A program made the translations under genes and the position numbers. A DNA stretch of 10,502 nucleotides from Promethearchaeati archaeon. GTDB lineage: Archaea; Asgardarchaeota; Heimdallarchaeia; JABLTI01. A model generated the notes under the pieces. The model searched no databases, was not told the DNA's origin, and saw only the letters and a program-made list of their open reading frames with translations. This document shows positions 6,868 to 10,502 of this stretch, in pieces (within the stretch, counting starts at the first letter, position 1; each line of letters begins with the position of its first letter). Location of the stretch: positions 1 through 10,502 of the forward strand of contig JABLTI010000094.1 in NCBI GenBank assembly GCA_013166835.1. The letters run 5' to 3'.

Positions 6868-7845
6868 CTATTTTTCTACGGGTTTTAATAACTCTTGAAG
6901 ATCTTCTTTGAAACTTGATACCTCAGTGTCTGCTTTATTTCTAACATTGATAACAACAATAGATAGAACTAAAGCTCCTGCTACAAAAACAAATACAAAT
7001 AACAGAACTAACCAATTCATGATATTTGGCAGAGAGAAATAAGCTAGTGATAGATAAAAGGTGACTTCAAAGGGAGCTTTGATCCCCATATTCTCTTTAC
7101 TGCAATTGAAGATAAACAAATTTACTCCAGAGGAACTATCATTAGCATAAGATAAATCATAATAAGTACTCATTTGTTCAGTAACGTTGAATTTAATATC
7201 ACCAAGAATCGCAGGGGTTACAACACTATCTCCAATATCAACTGGTAATATTATAGTAAATTCTTGATAATCAAGAGTTATATTCCACAGAGGTCTTTTC
7301 AGATTCAAAATAGCAACATTAGCATCAACTTGAGACCTCTCAATTTGTCCAGTTAAAACAAATTCACCAAAATAGGTTAATTGATACTGGATGGTTTCAT
7401 TAGTTTGAACATGAGAAGGGTCTGATAAATAGAGAATGAAATCATAAGCACTACTTCCAGAAGCGGTTATGTTTAGACTTATCGTCTGACCAGCAGTTTT
7501 TGCATATGTTTCAGCAATTACGATTTCTGTAATTTCATTATCAACAAAGTTACCCAACACTAATCCTACATGATTAGCATCCGGTGTGCAATTCACCAAC
7601 ATAGTAACTTTTCCTACACCAAAACGATTTAATTTAATATTAGTTTTAACCCAGTGAATATCAGCCCTATATTCCTTGACTTCGGGTAAGAGAGCAGCTG
7701 TATTATTGTTATCATCAACAGTCAAGGAAGATGCAATCGATTTTTGGTTGAACATATTTGAAGACATAAAAAGCATGGGAAAGCTGAGGAGAGAGATAAT
7801 TAATGCGACAAGGAAAATTGTTTTGCTTTTATATACACTGGACAT
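6868..7845 (-). CDS. Membrane-anchored extracellular glycoprotein, DUF2207-like beta-sandwich domain
   Basis: N-terminal signal/TM segment, beta-rich middle with 8 N-x-S/T sequons, C-terminal TM helix and short charged tail. LWNITLDYQEFTIILP and FEVTFYLSLAYF resemble DUF2207 patterns (tentative). ATG 7845 preferred over TTG 7854. Confidence 0.65.
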   Translation of the reverse strand: MSSVYKSKTIFLVALIISLLSFPMLFMSSNMFNQKSIASSLTVDDNNNTAALLPEVKEYRADIHWVKTNIKLNRFGVGKVTMLVNCTPDANHVGLVLGNFVDNEITEIVIAETYAKTAGQTISLNITASGSSAYDFILYLSDPSHVQTNETIQYQLTYFGEFVLTGQIERSQVDANVAILNLKRPLWNITLDYQEFTIILPVDIGDSVVTPAILGDIKFNVTEQMSTYYDLSYANDSSSGVNLFIFNCSKENMGIKAPFEVTFYLSLAYFSLPNIMNWLVLLFVFVFVAGALVLSIVVINVRNKADTEVSSFKEDLQELLKPVEK

Positions 7846-8042
7846 TTTACACAAACCCTTTTTGATAATAAATTGTATACAGTGGATTTATTCAAAAAAG
7901 CTACTGTAATGTTGTTATTTCAATTTTCATAAGTTATTCACTATGTTTTTCTACGAAAATCTCTTAATCTCTCTAGTTATATGAAATGCTATTCGCAGGT
8001 ATACTGTTACAACTATTTCCAACAAACAGTGAGATAATAACT

Positions 8043-9317
8043 ATGGCAACTATAAGTGATGATATTTTTGATGTATGTATAGTAGGGGCAGGTATTGCAG
8101 GTTCAACCTGTGCATTCTACCTTGCTAAAAAAGGCATTCGAACATTAGTTTTAGAAAAGAAGAAATTCCCTCGAGACAAAATATGTGGGGATGCAATAAC
8201 AGAGCGAGCTCAAATACACCTTAATCGTATGGGTGTTCTACAAGAAATATTAGCGGAAAAAAAAGGTAATTGGGCTGCACTTGGTGGACTAGTTAGTCCA
8301 AGTGGGATTGAATACTATGGTGACTCGGCTAAAGAACTTGACCAGCATTTGGTAATTGCTGTCAAGCGAAAAATTTTGGATGAAAAACTCATACGAGCTG
8401 CTGTAAACCAAGGAGCAAAATTAGTGGAAAACTACAGTGTAACAGATACTATTCTCTTAAAAGAAAAAGGGATTTGGACCATTAAAAGTGATAAAAGTAA
8501 GAAAGAATTCAAAGCTAAGATTCTCATTGTTGCTGATGGAGCAGCATCCCATCTTGGAAGAAAACTTGGATTAGTTGACGGTCCACCACAAGCAACTTGT
8601 AGTCGTGCATATATTGAATCTGGCAGTCACCAATTTCCATATGATGGTGTATGTTATTATCCTCCTAATTTGGTTCCGGGTTATTGTGCCTTATTTAAGG
8701 AAGCAGATGGGGATGTAGTATATTGTTGTTATATTATCCCTGGTGGAGAATGTGATACAAGTCACCTTCTTGAACTCCATCATAAATTCATAAAAGAAGA
8801 CCCTTTCATGAGTAAAGCTATAGGACCTAACCCAAAATTAGAAAAAATGAAGGCAGCAACAATTCGTTTTGGAGGGATTTCAAAAAGCTACGGTGATCAT
8901 TTACTAATTCTCGGTGATGCAGCAGGACAAATAGATCCTGTTACTGGAGAAGGAATTCAATATGCAATGGATGCTTCTGAAATTGCAGCTAGTACCATTC
9001 AGGAAGGATTAAAGAGGAATAATCTTGGAGAACGATTTCTGAAACGATATCATAGACGGTGGATGAAGTCTTTTGGTAGAGATTTCAAATGGTCTCAAAG
9101 AATGGTCAAAGTTTGTGTGAAATACCCAATTTTTCTTGATGCTTTCGCTTCGGTTAGTAAACGAAAGGGGGACAAATTTATGACTGAATGGGGAAAAATA
9201 ATGACTGGTTCAAAAACAAAGATAAATTTCTTTTTACCAAAATTAGCATTTCCATTAGCCTTTGAAACTCTACGATTAAGACGAAAGCGTAAGAAACTTG
9301 CCAAAAAAGACAAGTAA
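8043..9317 (+). CDS. Geranylgeranyl-reductase-family FAD oxidoreductase, atypical (Dictyostelium CmfB-like) subgroup
   Basis: DVCIVGAGIAG, EKKKFPRDKICGD, RKILDEKL, ADG, GDAAGQIDPVTGEGIQYAM. ATG 8043 is the likely start. Confidence 0.9.
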   Translation: MATISDDIFDVCIVGAGIAGSTCAFYLAKKGIRTLVLEKKKFPRDKICGDAITERAQIHLNRMGVLQEILAEKKGNWAALGGLVSPSGIEYYGDSAKELDQHLVIAVKRKILDEKLIRAAVNQGAKLVENYSVTDTILLKEKGIWTIKSDKSKKEFKAKILIVADGAASHLGRKLGLVDGPPQATCSRAYIESGSHQFPYDGVCYYPPNLVPGYCALFKEADGDVVYCCYIIPGGECDTSHLLELHHKFIKEDPFMSKAIGPNPKLEKMKAATIRFGGISKSYGDHLLILGDAAGQIDPVTGEGIQYAMDASEIAASTIQEGLKRNNLGERFLKRYHRRWMKSFGRDFKWSQRMVKVCVKYPIFLDAFASVSKRKGDKFMTEWGKIMTGSKTKINFFLPKLAFPLAFETLRLRRKRKKLAKKDK

Positions 9318-9326
9318 TTTTCTCTT

Positions 9327-10493
9327 TTAGGTATCTGTTAACCCAAGTTCTTCTGCGAAGATTAATCTTAATTCTGGTTTAATTTCAAACGAAACTATAC
9401 GTCCATCTCGATTCTTATTCAAGAAATTCAATGCAGCCATTTGATTGAGATATCGAGAAAGATTACCTTGATCCATTCCAAGTTCGTCAGCAAGAGCAGT
9501 TCCAACAATAGGTCCACCATCCTTTTCACCAATGATGACTTCAAGGATATCTCGCATTTTTGGAGTCAAAATCTGCTTAATCCGTTCACTTTGAGCATCT
9601 TTTAGTTTCTCTCGAGCGAATTCCACACCTTCTTTTACAGAATCAAGATTAGCTTGTTTCAAATTATTTTGAGCAGTGACATCAAGAATAGACCTCAAAA
9701 CAAGTAAAAGCATTCTAGGATTACCAGTAGCGTATTCTTTGTTAACTTGAGAGATAATGTCTTCATCAAAAGGATCTAAACTATCTGGTTTGGATGAACG
9801 AAAAGCACTAAGACGTTTTCTAACAATTTCAATAGCTATTTTATCTGAAACTGGTTTGAACTCTATTTCAACATGGACTCGAGTTGCAACAGCAGGATGA
9901 ATCTCTTTAAGAGAAGCCCATGCATTAGGAGTGGAACAAACAACTGTGATGTGACCAGGGATTCCAACTGCATGACTGAAATATTCTCGTAATATTTCAA
10001 AGGTTTTACGAATTTCTCGTTGAATACTTGCCTCAATTATTTCCTCGAATTCATCGATGACTAACCCAGAGAGATAATCATTCTCACTGATTTTTTTGAA
10101 TAAACTGGCTAAATCTTGTCCTGCTTCGTAGGGTTTGAACTTTGACTCTGGCATTGAATTTATGTCTCGATAAGTTTCCCACAATTTTTTCGCAAGTTCT
10201 TTTAAATCATCTGGGGCATTTTTCTCGTTCATTAGAGGTATACACACACTCTCAAAAAGAGCATACGTAACAATCCCTGGAGAACCACCAGGTAGTTTCG
10301 TATAAAAGACAAAAGCATCTTTCCTAATCAAAGTTTCTTTAATAGAACTAGCACGAATAGATTTACCTGAACCGTATTCCCCTATAAGAGCAACAGTAGC
10401 TGAACCACCATTTATTATAGTAGAGAGATTAGAAGCAATCTTCTTGTCCGCAGCAGTAATTACATGCATATTGGTAATTTCATCAGCAGTCAT
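9327..10493 (-). CDS. AAA+ P-loop ATPase with C-terminal winged helix-turn-helix; probably 5'-truncated by the window
   Basis: Walker A GEYGSGKS, Walker B LVIDEFE, sensor-1 region VCST, Arg-finger candidate PAVATR, sensor-2 GNPR, ArsR/MarR-like HTH (ALADELGMDQGNLSRYLNQM...RDGR). The frame stays open upstream of 10493 to the edge (GCT GAA TCC ATG). Confidence 0.85.
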   Translation of the reverse strand: MTADEITNMHVITAADKKIASNLSTIINGGSATVALIGEYGSGKSIRASSIKETLIRKDAFVFYTKLPGGSPGIVTYALFESVCIPLMNEKNAPDDLKELAKKLWETYRDINSMPESKFKPYEAGQDLASLFKKISENDYLSGLVIDEFEEIIEASIQREIRKTFEILREYFSHAVGIPGHITVVCSTPNAWASLKEIHPAVATRVHVEIEFKPVSDKIAIEIVRKRLSAFRSSKPDSLDPFDEDIISQVNKEYATGNPRMLLLVLRSILDVTAQNNLKQANLDSVKEGVEFAREKLKDAQSERIKQILTPKMRDILEVIIGEKDGGPIVGTALADELGMDQGNLSRYLNQMAALNFLNKNRDGRIVSFEIKPELRLIFAEELGLTDT

Positions 10494-10502
10494 GGATTCA
10501 GC

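Noticed and set aside
7676-7909. 77-aa plus-strand ORF
   Set aside because: Mostly antisense to the surface-protein 5' end; TTG start and no motif.
9095-9313. 72-aa minus-strand ORF
   Set aside because: Antisense to the GGR-family C-terminus.
1-10502. CRISPR array, IS element, integrase, intein or frameshifted pseudogene
   Set aside because: No periodic repeats, transposase/integrase motifs or terminal inverted repeats seen; the recognisable proteins are full length and uninterrupted.

Overview
AT-rich archaeal chromosomal segment made mostly of housekeeping genes. The archaeal assignment rests on TFE, an archaeal-type ThrRS with its N-terminal editing domain, DUF2110 and BRE/TATA promoters; an Asgard/Heimdallarchaeia-like origin is a guess only. 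Gene order on the + strand: small 2-TM protein (possibly 5'-truncated), an unannotated 32-codon ORF followed by two RNA hairpins, deoxyhypusine synthase, transcription factor E, DUF2110 protein. On the - strand: tmk, thrS, a classical SDR and a DUF2207-like surface glycoprotein. These are followed by a geranylgeranyl-reductase-family flavoprotein (+) of an atypical, CmfB-like type and a convergent AAA+ ATPase with a C-terminal winged HTH (-, frame open to the window edge). I found no mobile element, CRISPR array, tRNA or rRNA. The most interesting signal is the 217-627 'intergenic' region, which reads as promoter, SD-led small ORF, two hairpins and a U-tract, with a competing long-range pairing, directly upstream of dhs. 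This may be a leader-peptide attenuator or a stand-alone small-protein/sRNA gene. All family calls come from motif recognition and memory, not database searches.
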